Part shown: in pieces, positions 24,064 through 35,382 of the stretch
How positions within the stretch are numbered: position 1 is the stretch's first letter
Layout: every line of letters begins with the position of its first letter
Assembly: GCA_024704765.1 (NCBI GenBank)
Contig: JAKMXF010000166.1
Span: forward strand, 186,001 to 250,000
Direction: 5' to 3'
DNA length: 64,000 nucleotides
Source of the DNA: Oopsacas minuta
Taxonomy: Eukaryota > Animalia > Porifera
The notes under the pieces: generated by a model
What the model saw: the letters and a program-made list of their open reading frames with translations, nothing else
The model's database searches: none
What the model was told of the DNA's origin: nothing
Program-made: the position numbers and the translations under genes

Positions 24064-24942
24064 TAGAGCACAGTTTTCGTCCTTATTAATGGTGAATATA
24101 TTACAATTTATATGTTAAGCAGACGAATATTATAGAATTCATTTTACAATTACATATGCTAATCCTTTTAATATTAAGGTTTACATGAATTCAAACAGTG
24201 TCATCATTTTCTGATCGCGTCCATTCTGGATGTATTATCCAAAAATCTTCTACAGGCTCAAATACTTTGTAATATCCTCACTTGTATTTGCATTAGATTA
24301 ACATTTACACTACACTAATATGGTCAATACCAACCTGACCAGACAATATGGTATGATTTACTAGCACCAAACCTTCACAATGCTTTCCAATGAATAATTA
24401 CCCTTGAGTAGAAAGTGTATTCATTTCCTATAAAGTGTGGAAATCAACTTCCTGGAAATTTAATATACATTTGTAAATGTTTTGACCTTGTCGTGTAACT
24501 TGTAGATAGGGCATATCTAATAATTAATCGACTGTGAATATTAATAATTGTAGAAATGGAAGTATATTTGAAAGACAACCCAGATAGTCTTTCAAATTAT
24601 CCTCACTCTAGTAGACACATTCTAATTGCTTATAGTGGATCGCCTTATGTCAATAATATAGTTATTTTCAACTAAAGAAAACATTTTGTACTAAAACTAT
24701 TACTAAGTACTCGGAAAGTTGTAATTTTGATTCAATGAAATTACACATAATAATTCAGAATTACAGCCTAATTAACAGTAAATCAAGTGGTAATCCTCTG
24801 AACTATATAATGTATACTTTTCAATAATTGCTTGGTAATTATACGTGTGATTTGAGAGTTCACTACTAATCATATATGACATAGAGGGTATATAATCTAA
24901 TTCTCTAATATTATAGCAGTAATTACTTCGAATACTACTCAA

Positions 24943-26784
24943 ATGGATGAAAATTGGGAAAATTGGACATCAGGACAAGTTGTTGATTGGCTCACCAAAA
25001 TGAATCTTGGCCACTTAGCAGAATCATTTTATGACCTAAAGATAACAGGTGATCATCTCGCCAAAATTGATGACGAATTTTTGAAAACTTATTTGAAAGT
25101 TTCTTCCCAATCAGAACGGACTAAAATCTTAGAAAACCTAACATATCTTCCTAATATGAATAATATGAATGGTGCACACAAAAACTTTGTCACTGGCCCT
25201 AAATCTCCGACAGAATCAGAGTATTCTACCATCACCGGAAAAAGACCCCCTCCTAAACCGAACACTGATTTAGAGGCACAAGCACTGATTAATTCTCCAG
25301 ACAATGCTCATAGTGGTTGGATTATAAAACAAGGAGGTCGTATTAGAACCTGGAGAAGACGATATATGGTTTTACATATTGGATGTTTGTATTATTTCGA
25401 AAATGAAAAGAGTCAAAAACAAAAAGGATCTCTTTCACTGCCAGGTTATGTTTTGACTGAGTATCACGATTTCAAAGATTATCCTAATTGCTGTATCAAA
25501 TTAGCTCATAAAAATCCAAATAAACGCGTGTATTATGTTTGTACTTCCTCTCAACGCGAGAAGGAGAAATGGATAGAATGTATTCAGAAAGAACTTGATT
25601 TATACAAAGAAGAGAATTTACTAGGACAGGCAGTATACGGTGCAATGCATGAAGAGCCAAATGGTATTGGAAAATCTTTGAGTTTCAACGAAGGACTGAG
25701 TGATGAAGATTACGATAACGATGATGATATATCTCCTATAGCTCTAGCTTCACGCGGTTCTAACTCTAAAATCAGCGAATCCCAAACAAGAGCTAATTCC
25801 GCGAAATTGTTGAAAATGGACAAGTCTAGTTTCAATAATTTGCCTCTACCTCAACACTCTAATACAATGAAGTCTAAAATATCTCTATCGAGTTCCCATT
25901 CAAACACTTTACCCTATACCACTACAATAACATCTCCATTATTACCATCTACTCATAATTCTCTTAACTCTTTTCCCAATGGACACGGACACCTTTCTCT
26001 CGATGGCCCTGACGTGACAGAAGATGATTATCTCGTACTCACTCCAGGTTCCTGCTTACCTTCTAACGACTACACACAGCGGGAACTTCCTACTGTCCCT
26101 GAGCGTCTCCCATCTCCCTCTACTCGCCCCCTGCCAACACTCCCTCCTGTTGAGAGATCAGTTGACTCAATGCCATCTTCTCGATCAATGGATAATATCT
26201 CTTTCGACAGACGAATAAGTGCTCTGTTCATAAAGAACAATTCACAAGGCCCATTTACAGATGTTCCGCCCAAAACAGATCCCAAATCTTATGTAGATGT
26301 AGAGAATGAGGTAGAAGACTTTTCACAGCTGAGCAAGACATTTGTTAACACTATAAATATTGGAAATACTGCGTTACCTGCCTCACACACTCTCTCCAGT
26401 ACTTATGAGGTTCAATGCGTAGAGAACGATTCAGGCGCATACATTTCACCACTGGTGGAAGTATTACCAGATGGCTGTATCCAGTCTGAATTCACAAGAG
26501 AGAAATCTGAATTCGTATTAGCCAGCATTAACCACGATGGGATGTATCTGATACGAAAATCTAGCGAGGAGAACATCAGCATGGTGCTTACAGTCTGGTG
26601 TAGGGATAAATGTAAGCATTACAAGATCTTCAAGCATGAGAAAGGTTACTGTCTACATCGAGGTAGTTATTTCTCTAGTCTTGAAGAACTTATTCGACAG
26701 TATCGAGTATCCTCACTACCTAGATCCAATTACATACTCAAGGTCCCCTATAATATCTGTTCATCCAAATCACGTGTTACTTAG
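24943..26784 (+). CDS. SAM-PH-proline-rich-SH2 adaptor (SH3BP2-like with extra SAM)
   Basis: SAM (WTSGQVVDWL...ITGDHL), PH (HSGWIIKQGGRIRTWRRRY...YYFENEKS), PxxP tract (LPTVPERLPSPSTRPLPTLPP), SH2 (DGMYLIRKSS...CKHYKI...FSSLEELIRQY). Confidence 0.85.
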   Translation: MDENWENWTSGQVVDWLTKMNLGHLAESFYDLKITGDHLAKIDDEFLKTYLKVSSQSERTKILENLTYLPNMNNMNGAHKNFVTGPKSPTESEYSTITGKRPPPKPNTDLEAQALINSPDNAHSGWIIKQGGRIRTWRRRYMVLHIGCLYYFENEKSQKQKGSLSLPGYVLTEYHDFKDYPNCCIKLAHKNPNKRVYYVCTSSQREKEKWIECIQKELDLYKEENLLGQAVYGAMHEEPNGIGKSLSFNEGLSDEDYDNDDDISPIALASRGSNSKISESQTRANSAKLLKMDKSSFNNLPLPQHSNTMKSKISLSSSHSNTLPYTTTITSPLLPSTHNSLNSFPNGHGHLSLDGPDVTEDDYLVLTPGSCLPSNDYTQRELPTVPERLPSPSTRPLPTLPPVERSVDSMPSSRSMDNISFDRRISALFIKNNSQGPFTDVPPKTDPKSYVDVENEVEDFSQLSKTFVNTINIGNTALPASHTLSSTYEVQCVENDSGAYISPLVEVLPDGCIQSEFTREKSEFVLASINHDGMYLIRKSSEENISMVLTVWCRDKCKHYKIFKHEKGYCLHRGSYFSSLEELIRQYRVSSLPRSNYILKVPYNICSSKSRVT

Positions 26785-27544
26785 TATTTCGCTACAGTTT
26801 GAACTTGTATATATTTGTACACTTTTAATATATGTATTTTATTGGGTGATAATCAGTTGGGAATATTTGTGAGATTTTTACTACAGTAGACATATTGAAT
26901 TGTATAGTCTACTACTTGTATGTTAATATCTGTTTTAGATTATTGTAATAATCATAATATTGTTTCTTTACTAGTTGTACTATAAATGTTTTTCGTTCGT
27001 ACATTAATATGTTTCAACATGACCATTTATCAAAGCTACGGCCGCTCAGCATTGGCATGCATTGTCCAAAGATATAGGGGCGATGCATCATAATGATTAT
27101 CCTATACGTACGTACATTTCTGTAAGAATAGGTCAAATACGAATAATACCGATAGTTAGAATAAACCTGTTTCGATTATAAATATAACTATAGTTATAGC
27201 TGAAACTGGTATGGAAGTGTCGCTAAATTTACGAAAACTACAATCATATAAATCTATTAGCATAATTAGGCCAAAGTCTTGGTTTACAAATCCAGAAGTA
27301 TCTAGGAGTCGGTGAATCATTGATTTAACCTGTTTGGGGTTGAAATGCTTAATATTGATCTTTTAGAATTGTTGAATTACAGCTTTGTATCATAAATATA
27401 ATATTTGTAGCTACGTACGTATTTAATATTTTCAGAACATACTTGCTCTAATTGTAATAAAACATAAAGTGTATTCTTACATGTGTGTTACTACTGTTTA
27501 TCTGTTTGATTGAATATTTCTTAATTATTCTGCATAGCTTCATA

Positions 27545-28609
27545 ATGTCCACACAAGACAATACATCTGTGGTCTTGCATAAAATTAAAGATATTCGTCT
27601 CGAACCAAAACCAATCCGAAAGCCAACGAAAGGCCAGGTTCAGATAGCTGTACACTCAGTAGGAATTTGTGGTTCAGATGTACACTATTGGGTAAATGGA
27701 GGTATTGGAGATTTCATAGTAAAATCCCCAATGATTCTAGGTCATGAGACTTCAGGTACAGTTGTAGAGCTAGGTGAGGGAGTAACCAATCTTAAGATTG
27801 GAGATAGAGTAGCAGTAGAACCTGGAGTTCCTTGTTATAAATGTGATCAGTGTATGGATGGGAGATATAACTTGTGTCCTGATGTGTTTTTCTGTGCCAC
27901 TCCCCCAGACGATGGCACTCTAACCAGACTGTATTGTCATGATGCTAATTTCTGCTTCAAACTTCCTGACAATATGACGTATGAAGAAGGAGCGTTACTA
28001 GAACCATTGAGTGTAGGAGTACATGCTTGTCGTAGAGCAGAAGTGACAGGAGGAGACACTATTCTCATCTGTGGAGCTGGTCCCATAGGTCTAGTTACCT
28101 TGTTGACTGCTCGTGCTTTTGGCGCTACCAACATAGCTATTACTGACATCAATGCTAAACGACTGGAGTTTGCTAAAACTCTTGGAGTTAATCACACAAT
28201 ACTGGTAGATGGAGATCCTCAATCTACTGCTAAGCGTGCTATCGAATTGTTGGGGAAGATGCCTGATAAATCTATAGACTGTGTTGCATTTCCTCCCACC
28301 ATCTCCACTGCTATATATGCTACAAAGTCAGGAGGCACCGTCCTGCTGGTGGGTCTAGGACCACCCACTTCTGAGATCCCTATTGTTAACGCGAGCGTAC
28401 GAGAAGTTGACATCAAGGGTGTATTCCGATACAAAGGTTGTTACCAGAAAGCTATGGACATGATTGCAAGAGGGTTGATCAATGTGAAGCCTCTTGTCAC
28501 TCACAGATATGCTATGGAACAGGCATTGGAAGCTTTTGAGATGACAAAATCTGGAGAAGGAATAAAAGTCATGATCAAGTGTGATCCAACTCGTGCACAA
28601 CTACAGTAA
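27545..28609 (+). CDS. SORD: Sorbitol dehydrogenase, copy 1 (canonical active site)
   Basis: GICGSDVHYW, GHE, FFCATPPDDG, GAGPIG, GVFRY; structural-Zn cysteines CYKCDQC...C retained. ATG at 27545. Confidence 0.95.
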   Translation: MSTQDNTSVVLHKIKDIRLEPKPIRKPTKGQVQIAVHSVGICGSDVHYWVNGGIGDFIVKSPMILGHETSGTVVELGEGVTNLKIGDRVAVEPGVPCYKCDQCMDGRYNLCPDVFFCATPPDDGTLTRLYCHDANFCFKLPDNMTYEEGALLEPLSVGVHACRRAEVTGGDTILICGAGPIGLVTLLTARAFGATNIAITDINAKRLEFAKTLGVNHTILVDGDPQSTAKRAIELLGKMPDKSIDCVAFPPTISTAIYATKSGGTVLLVGLGPPTSEIPIVNASVREVDIKGVFRYKGCYQKAMDMIARGLINVKPLVTHRYAMEQALEAFEMTKSGEGIKVMIKCDPTRAQLQ

Positions 28610-28857
28610 ATGAATTAGTTTCTTTCTTACTTATTGACAATCTTATTTTCACTTCTCTATTATCCCGTAATTCTATTCTCATTTCGAATTATAACATTCA
28701 GTAAATTATAGATTTTTCGCATTTGTTGTATTCACACCTATAGGCTAAATATAATGGAAACTTTCGAATGTATTAATCACTATTTGGGGGTTGTTCACTG
28801 ATCGGCAAACAATCCCAACCCATTCATTTTGTACCCATAAATGTGAAATACAAGAAT

Positions 28858-29919
28858 ATGTTACAAGACAACTCATCTGTGATCCTACACAAAATCAATG
28901 ATATTCGTCTGGAACAGAAACCAATTCCTAAACTAACCAAAGGTCATGTTAAGATAGCTGTACACTCAGTAGGAATATGTGGATCAGATATTCATTTCTG
29001 GATACACGGTCGTATCGGTGATTCTATAGTAAAATCCCCAATGATTCTAGGTCATGAGACTTCAGGTACAGTTGTAGAGCTAGGTGAGGGAGTAACCAAT
29101 CTTAAGATTGGAGATAGAGTAGCAGTAGAACCTGGAGTTCCTTGTTATAAATGTGATCAGTGTATGGATGGGAGATATAACTTGTGTCCCAACGTGAATT
29201 TTTGTGGAAATCCGAAAAAAGACGGCACTCTAACCAGACTGTATTGTCATGATGCTAATTTCTGCTTCAAGCTTCTCGACAATATGACGTATGAAGAAGG
29301 AGCGTTACTAGAACCATTGAGTGTAGGAGTACATGCTTGTCGTAGAGCAGAAGTGACAGGAGGAGACACTATTCTCATCTGTGGAGCTGGTCCCATAGGT
29401 CTAGTTACCTTGTTGACTGCTCGTGCTTTTGGCGCTACCAACATAGCTATTACTGACATCAATGCTAAACGACTGGAGTTTGCTAAAACTCTTGGAGTTA
29501 ATCACACAATACTGGTAGATGGAGATCCTCAATCTACTGCTAAGCGTGCTATCGAATTGTTGGGGAAGATGCCTGATAAATCTATAGACTGTGTTGCATT
29601 TCCTCCCACCATCTCCACTGCTATATATGCTACAAAGTCAGGAGGCACCGTCCTGTTGGTGGGACTAGGACCACCCACTTCTGAGATCCCTATTGTTAAC
29701 GCGAGCGTACGAGAAGTTGACATCAAGGGTGTATTCCGATACAAAGGTTGTTACCAGAAAGCTATGGACATGATTGCAAGAGGGTTGATCAATGTGAAGC
29801 CTCTTGTCACTCACAGATATGCTATGGAACAGGCATTGGAAGCTTTTGAGATGACAAAATCTGGAGAAGGAATAAAAGTCATGATCAAGTGTGATCCAAC
29901 TCGTGCACAACTAAAGTGA
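28858..29919 (+). CDS. Sorbitol dehydrogenase-like polyol dehydrogenase, copy 2 (altered substrate pocket)
   Basis: Nearly identical to copy 1 from 29026 onward except NVNFCGNPKKDG; N-terminus GSDIHFWIHGRIGDS. ATG at 28858. Confidence 0.92.
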   Translation: MLQDNSSVILHKINDIRLEQKPIPKLTKGHVKIAVHSVGICGSDIHFWIHGRIGDSIVKSPMILGHETSGTVVELGEGVTNLKIGDRVAVEPGVPCYKCDQCMDGRYNLCPNVNFCGNPKKDGTLTRLYCHDANFCFKLLDNMTYEEGALLEPLSVGVHACRRAEVTGGDTILICGAGPIGLVTLLTARAFGATNIAITDINAKRLEFAKTLGVNHTILVDGDPQSTAKRAIELLGKMPDKSIDCVAFPPTISTAIYATKSGGTVLLVGLGPPTSEIPIVNASVREVDIKGVFRYKGCYQKAMDMIARGLINVKPLVTHRYAMEQALEAFEMTKSGEGIKVMIKCDPTRAQLK

Positions 29920-30076
29920 TAGTTTACTTTTTAGCAATTAGTGTTTGCTTATTTTTATTTTTTCGCTAGGAATTGAATTTCTTTAAATTCTATCTTATAT
30001 TGTTTTTGTTTTTCTACATTTTCATGGCCATTTTATTTTCTAACTTTGTTGATAAGTTTATACTCATAACTCTCTA

Positions 30077-31753
30077 ATGGAGGTAATTCAACCTACTCCT
30101 CTAAGTATTGATACTCCCAAACAAAAGACAAGTCAGAATGAGACTAGCATGTTATTAGTAGTTGGCCAAATAGTAGCAGAAATGGTGAGAATAATCGCAG
30201 AAAATGGTGAGATCAATGTTAACAAAATACGTTCCAGTACATGTAGGAAGTACGGTGCAAAACAAACACCTAAATTGGTTGATATAATTGCTGCTGTCCC
30301 TGAGACACACAAAAAGACACTCTTACCGATTCTTAAAGCTAAACCTATTCGTACTGCTTCTGGTATTGCAATAGTAGCTGTAATGTGTAAGCCACATAGA
30401 TGTCCACACCTGTCATTCACTGGTAACATATGCGTATACTGCCCAGGCGGACCTGATAGTGATTTTGAGTATTCTACTCAATCTTACACAGGGTATGAAC
30501 CAACCAGTATGAGAGCTATCCGTGCTCGTTACAACCCGTATCTACAGTCCAGACATAGACTAGATCAATTGAAACAACTCGGCCATAACGTAGATAAAGT
30601 AGAGTATATAGTGATGGGAGGTACCTTCATGGCCCTGGATGAGAAGTATCGGGATTATTTTATTCGTAATTTACATGATGCCCTTTCAGGTCATACGTCG
30701 TCATGTGTGGAGGAAGCTGTCAGATTTTCAGAGCGTAGTAAGATTAAATGTATCGGCATTACCATTGAAACACGGCCTGACTATTGTCTGAGAAAGCATC
30801 TCTCTTCCATGCTAGCCTATGGCTGTACTCGATTAGAAATTGGTGTACAGAGTATCTACGAGGATGTAGCAAGAGATACGAACAGAGGACATACTGTAAA
30901 AGCTGTTACAGAATCGTTTCAAGGTTCTAAAGATGCTGGATTTAAGGTAGTAGCCCATATGATGCCAGACCTACCTAATGTAGATTTTGAGAGAGATATA
31001 GAAGGGTTTATCCAGTTCTTTGAGAATCCATCTTACCGTGCTGATGGCCTTAAGATATATCCTACACTTGTAATCAGAGGAACTGGACTCTATGAACTTT
31101 GGAAGACAGGTCGTTATAAGTCATATCCACCTGATATATTGGTTGATCTCGTTGCAAGAATTCTAGCATTGGTGCCACCATGGACACGTGTGTACAGAGT
31201 ACAGAGAGATATCCCTATGCCTCTAGTAAGCTCTGGAGTTGAGCATGGTAATCTCCGTGAGCTGGCCTTACAAAGAATGCGAGATCTCGGTACAGAGTGT
31301 AGAGATGTACGAACTAGAGAGGTTGGTATACAAGAGATACATCATAAAGTACGACCTTATGAAGTTGAGCTTATAAGAAGAGATTATTGTGCTAATGGAG
31401 GATGGGAAACGTTCCTATCTTATGAGGACCCTACTCAGGATATTCTAGTTGGACTGTTGAGGCTTCGAAAGTTATCTTCTGAGGTTTACAGGCCTGAATT
31501 AAAAGGGGGCGTTTCCATGGTCCGTGAGCTGCATGTATACGGAAGTGTGGTGCCTGTATCAACTAGAGACCCCTCTAAATTCCAGCACCAAGGGTTTGGC
31601 ACCCTCTTGATGGAGGAGGCAGAAAGGATATCTAAGGAGGAACATGGATCAACTAAATTAGCTGTAATTTCTGGTGTCGGTACGAGGAATTATTATAGAA
31701 AGTTGGGCTATGATTTGAATGGTCCTTACATGATAAAAGAATTATTTTATTAA
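30077..31753 (+). CDS. ELP3: Elongator complex protein 3
   Basis: Radical-SAM CPH...[26 protein letters not shown] domain QHQGFG, YYRKLGY. Confidence 0.98.
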   Translation: MEVIQPTPLSIDTPKQKTSQNETSMLLVVGQIVAEMVRIIAENGEINVNKIRSSTCRKYGAKQTPKLVDIIAAVPETHKKTLLPILKAKPIRTASGIAIVAVMCKPHRCPHLSFTGNICVYCPGGPDSDFEYSTQSYTGYEPTSMRAIRARYNPYLQSRHRLDQLKQLGHNVDKVEYIVMGGTFMALDEKYRDYFIRNLHDALSGHTSSCVEEAVRFSERSKIKCIGITIETRPDYCLRKHLSSMLAYGCTRLEIGVQSIYEDVARDTNRGHTVKAVTESFQGSKDAGFKVVAHMMPDLPNVDFERDIEGFIQFFENPSYRADGLKIYPTLVIRGTGLYELWKTGRYKSYPPDILVDLVARILALVPPWTRVYRVQRDIPMPLVSSGVEHGNLRELALQRMRDLGTECRDVRTREVGIQEIHHKVRPYEVELIRRDYCANGGWETFLSYEDPTQDILVGLLRLRKLSSEVYRPELKGGVSMVRELHVYGSVVPVSTRDPSKFQHQGFGTLLMEEAERISKEEHGSTKLAVISGVGTRNYYRKLGYDLNGPYMIKELFY

Positions 31754-32077
31754 TTTCAGTTTCATCTCAATCAAAAATTAATTAATACAGTATTATTTGG
31801 AATTAGTTGTGTTATTATTAAAGAATATTTGGAATGTAATATCTATCCTATTTTCTGTGTGCCTTCAATATTATAGATGAAACAAGTGGTCCAATTGCAA
31901 AAATGTTGAAAAACTTTGCCCTAGTGTATACGTATATTGATTAATAATACATTTTGATATTATAGAAATGATGTATCAAGTAACTCCCTGTAATGCTACC
32001 TTACATTTAAGAGCAAGTATAATATTAGGCTGTATATTATTCTTTGTTAATTTGTATTCAGTAATTGATATCAAAAC

Positions 32078-34525
32078 ATGGCTTATCTACTTGAAGAAAG
32101 TTACCGATCCAATGAGTGGAGCGTCAATAACCCTAGATCCCTATTGATGCCATTTGGTAGTGATTTACATACTTGTCCAATAACCGAGGAAAGTTATGAT
32201 GTTTTACAATCCACAGACGTTGGCACTCCAGATCTTCTTATAGGAACATTGGCACCTTTTGATGATTCATCTAGGTCCGTAGAAGATAGGGACATAACAA
32301 TTAACATTGATCCTGAAGAGCGTATTAGAGGAAAAACAGTAGACAATGAGTATTTTCTGCTAGAAAGTGTTGTACGAGATGAAAAGTTATTATATCCACA
32401 AACTCTGAAAGCCCAGAATTACAGAATTGAGGATATTGCTATCTATGTGCATCATAGTCAGAATTATTTTAATCCGAAACATCATCCAGGATCTAACATA
32501 AGCAAGAAGGCTTATAAGATCCTGTACCATCCCATAATGTACTATGTAGATTGGTTCATAAGTTTCTTTCTACTTCTACTCGCTGGTATTGAACATCCTT
32601 TCTATGAACTCTTAGAACCAGATGAATCAAAATTAAAAATCTTTGCAGCTGTGTTAGAATCTTTGATTATTGCATATTTCACATTTGACTTGGGACTTCG
32701 TTTTTTCTGGCTTGGTGTGAAGCGTTATTTGAGACAGAAAATAACATTAGCTCGTTTGATTGGTGTGATATTAATCACTATTGATTTCATATTGGCTCTG
32801 TCAATACCGTGGTATTACCAACATCGTTTCCTGAGAACTTGTCGACCTATCCTCTTTCTAACTTCTCACTTGAATCGAAATATTCGAAATGTTGTGAATC
32901 AACTCCTAAACTCGATTCGTCGTATCCTTGATCTCTATGTTCTGTACTTAGTTTTCGTTGTAATATTTTCATTATTGGCATACAATATACTAGGGGAAAT
33001 CGATGTAGCAAATTATGGAACATTCCCTGATAGCTTCATTACAATGTTCGCACTATCAACCACTGTTAATTATCCTGACGTAATGCTACCCGCCTTAGAA
33101 AATTGTCTTTTATATTTCCTTCTATTCTTCCCTTTCCTCTCATTTGGGATTTATGTTCTTACGAATCTTCTGCTTGCGATTGTGAAAGATCATTTTAGCA
33201 GACTCGAAAAGGAGAAATTAAAACAGCTGCTGGAGTTCCGTAGAGTTTCCCTGCTTCGCGCGTTCCACTTAGGAACCCAGCTCTCTGCTTCAGAATGGGA
33301 CTATTCCCTATTTAGGCGTGTTATGTTATCTATATCTAAAACGATATCTGAGAAACAATGCCTACTCATGTTTAAAGTTCTTGATCGTCATGGCAATCAA
33401 AAGTTAAGTTGGAAGGAATTTAAACAGTTGTCGAATGTCATGTCAATGAGGTGGCGTAGATCTGACTTAACAAATATCAACAAAATGTGGCATAGAATGA
33501 TACCGATCAGACTTCTAAGGAGGGTTTCGGAATACACTTACGTCTTGGTTTCATCATTCATCTTTAAATTCATAATAAACCTTGTGATTTTAACCAACTG
33601 TGCGTTGCTAATTATTGAGACTTTAGTATATGACACTCCACAACAGCCAGGATCAGATAATGGATTTAGATATGAGAGTGCTTTTTTCCTCCCAATCTAT
33701 TTCCTAGAGTTCTGTTTACAGATTGTTGGTTTTGGCCCATTTTACTATTTCACTCATGGATGGCATGTATTCGATTTTATCATCTTGTTTTCCTCTATTA
33801 TTGCATCAATTTCTGGATATACTTACATAATAGTGCTAAGAACATTCCGTCTTCTGAGAGTACTGAAAGCTAAAAACAGCTTTAGGCGGATTTTCACGAT
33901 TATATCTTTGAGTATTCCTAAACTAATGCGATTCGTTATATCAATATGTCTTGCATTCTACGTGTATGCTATTCTTGGTATGTGTTTATATGCTGGTAAA
34001 TTGAGGGATTGTAGCTTTAATGAATTGGATCTTCCTGAGTACAACCCTGATTGTGGAGAGGAGTACGACTATCAAAAGAATCCACCAGACGGTTTGTATT
34101 ATTTAGTGAATTTCAATGACATCTTACATTCATTTATAACTTTATTCATATTAATGATTGTTAATAACTGGCAAGTGGTGGCGAAGGGGTATATCGCGAT
34201 TACAGGCACTTATAGTTATTTATTTTTCATTTTCTTTTATCTATTTGTGGTTTTGGTTATCACGAATGTAACTGCGGCTTTTGTTCTCGATCTATATGAT
34301 AGTATATCCACTACATTGGGTAAATCATTCACTGTACGTGTAAGCTTGAGTAAGAAGGTTTTGGAGAGATTTGGAATACATGAGAACATTGAAGGAGATG
34401 AAGTGGAGTATGTGGGTAGGAGGAAATTGGGTCAATTCGATTCTCTTATGCTACTCTATCAATCTGAAGATTGGGTGCAGAAGGATGAAATATCCCCTAT
34501 CGGAGACTTTTATATTCAACACTGA
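32078..34525 (+). CDS. Two-pore channel (TPC), copy 1, 815 aa
   Basis: Two 6-TM repeats; filter motifs TTVNYPDVM and IVNNW; EF-hand-like linker (LDRHGNQKLSWKEF); charged IIS4 LRTFRLLRVLK. Confidence 0.93.
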   Translation: MAYLLEESYRSNEWSVNNPRSLLMPFGSDLHTCPITEESYDVLQSTDVGTPDLLIGTLAPFDDSSRSVEDRDITINIDPEERIRGKTVDNEYFLLESVVRDEKLLYPQTLKAQNYRIEDIAIYVHHSQNYFNPKHHPGSNISKKAYKILYHPIMYYVDWFISFFLLLLAGIEHPFYELLEPDESKLKIFAAVLESLIIAYFTFDLGLRFFWLGVKRYLRQKITLARLIGVILITIDFILALSIPWYYQHRFLRTCRPILFLTSHLNRNIRNVVNQLLNSIRRILDLYVLYLVFVVIFSLLAYNILGEIDVANYGTFPDSFITMFALSTTVNYPDVMLPALENCLLYFLLFFPFLSFGIYVLTNLLLAIVKDHFSRLEKEKLKQLLEFRRVSLLRAFHLGTQLSASEWDYSLFRRVMLSISKTISEKQCLLMFKVLDRHGNQKLSWKEFKQLSNVMSMRWRRSDLTNINKMWHRMIPIRLLRRVSEYTYVLVSSFIFKFIINLVILTNCALLIIETLVYDTPQQPGSDNGFRYESAFFLPIYFLEFCLQIVGFGPFYYFTHGWHVFDFIILFSSIIASISGYTYIIVLRTFRLLRVLKAKNSFRRIFTIISLSIPKLMRFVISICLAFYVYAILGMCLYAGKLRDCSFNELDLPEYNPDCGEEYDYQKNPPDGLYYLVNFNDILHSFITLFILMIVNNWQVVAKGYIAITGTYSYLFFIFFYLFVVLVITNVTAAFVLDLYDSISTTLGKSFTVRVSLSKKVLERFGIHENIEGDEVEYVGRRKLGQFDSLMLLYQSEDWVQKDEISPIGDFYIQH

Positions 34526-34939
34526 TATCGCGGAATTTGCATGCTATTTTTCAAACCGAACTTTTTCTTCGAAGTTTTATACTAATCTTATGAATTATAC
34601 TTTTATTGATACGTATTGGATATTTTGTGATATTTGTATATACTCAGATCATAATTGTTAATATTGTATTGAATTTGATGTTTACTTGTTTTCTTATTTT
34701 ATCTACGTTTTATTTAATAAGTTTCGTTAATAGCAGGATGGAATGTTTCAGTTTTTCTATACAGGCCGCTAAAAGGCTGTCGATTCAGTGTTGTGTATAT
34801 TTAACACTAGAGTTATCTCTCTATACATAGCTGCTACCTGTAATAACTACGTCCATCTTGACCACTACGTTATTGCGGTTGTTAATATTCCACTGTGGAT
34901 AATTACGTTAATTTTACATTTGTAGTTATAAATACTTGC

Positions 34940-35245
34940 ATGGCTTACAGACTTCTGTTACGTGACATAACTAATATAAAGCCAATATATTCTCCAATTC
35001 TACCAGCTTTACAAACCAAATTTTACTTCTCTGAAAAATCGGTTATTCCACTCACAGAAACAATCACACTAGATACTCCTGTATCCCTTAAGGAGTTAAA
35101 TGGTTTGTCACCTAACCACGTGTCACGCTATGTTGTCATATCCAAACCTGCTCGTTGTACCATGCAAAGTGGCACAGGAGGGACACATCATTGGTCCAAT
35201 TGCAAGAATGTTGAAAAACTTTGCCCTAGTGTATATGTATATTGA
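34940..35245 (+). pseudogene. 3'-truncated NDUFS4 duplicate fused to a novel tail
   Basis: Matches NDUFS4 (38245 onward) up to ...MQSGTGGTHHW, then reads into the duplicated TPC upstream sequence (SNCKNVEKLCPSVYVY*). Confidence 0.85.
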
Positions 35246-35382
35246 TTAATAATACATTTTGATATTATAGAAATGATGTATCAAGTAACTCCCTGTGATG
35301 CTACCTTACATTTAAGAGCAAGTATAATATTAGGCTGTATATTATTCTTTGTTAATTTGTATTCAGTAATTGATATCAAAAC

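Noticed and set aside
27162-27210. Imperfect hairpin upstream of SORD copy 1
   Set aside because: Short, AT-rich and imperfect; no second copy or motif to support a function.
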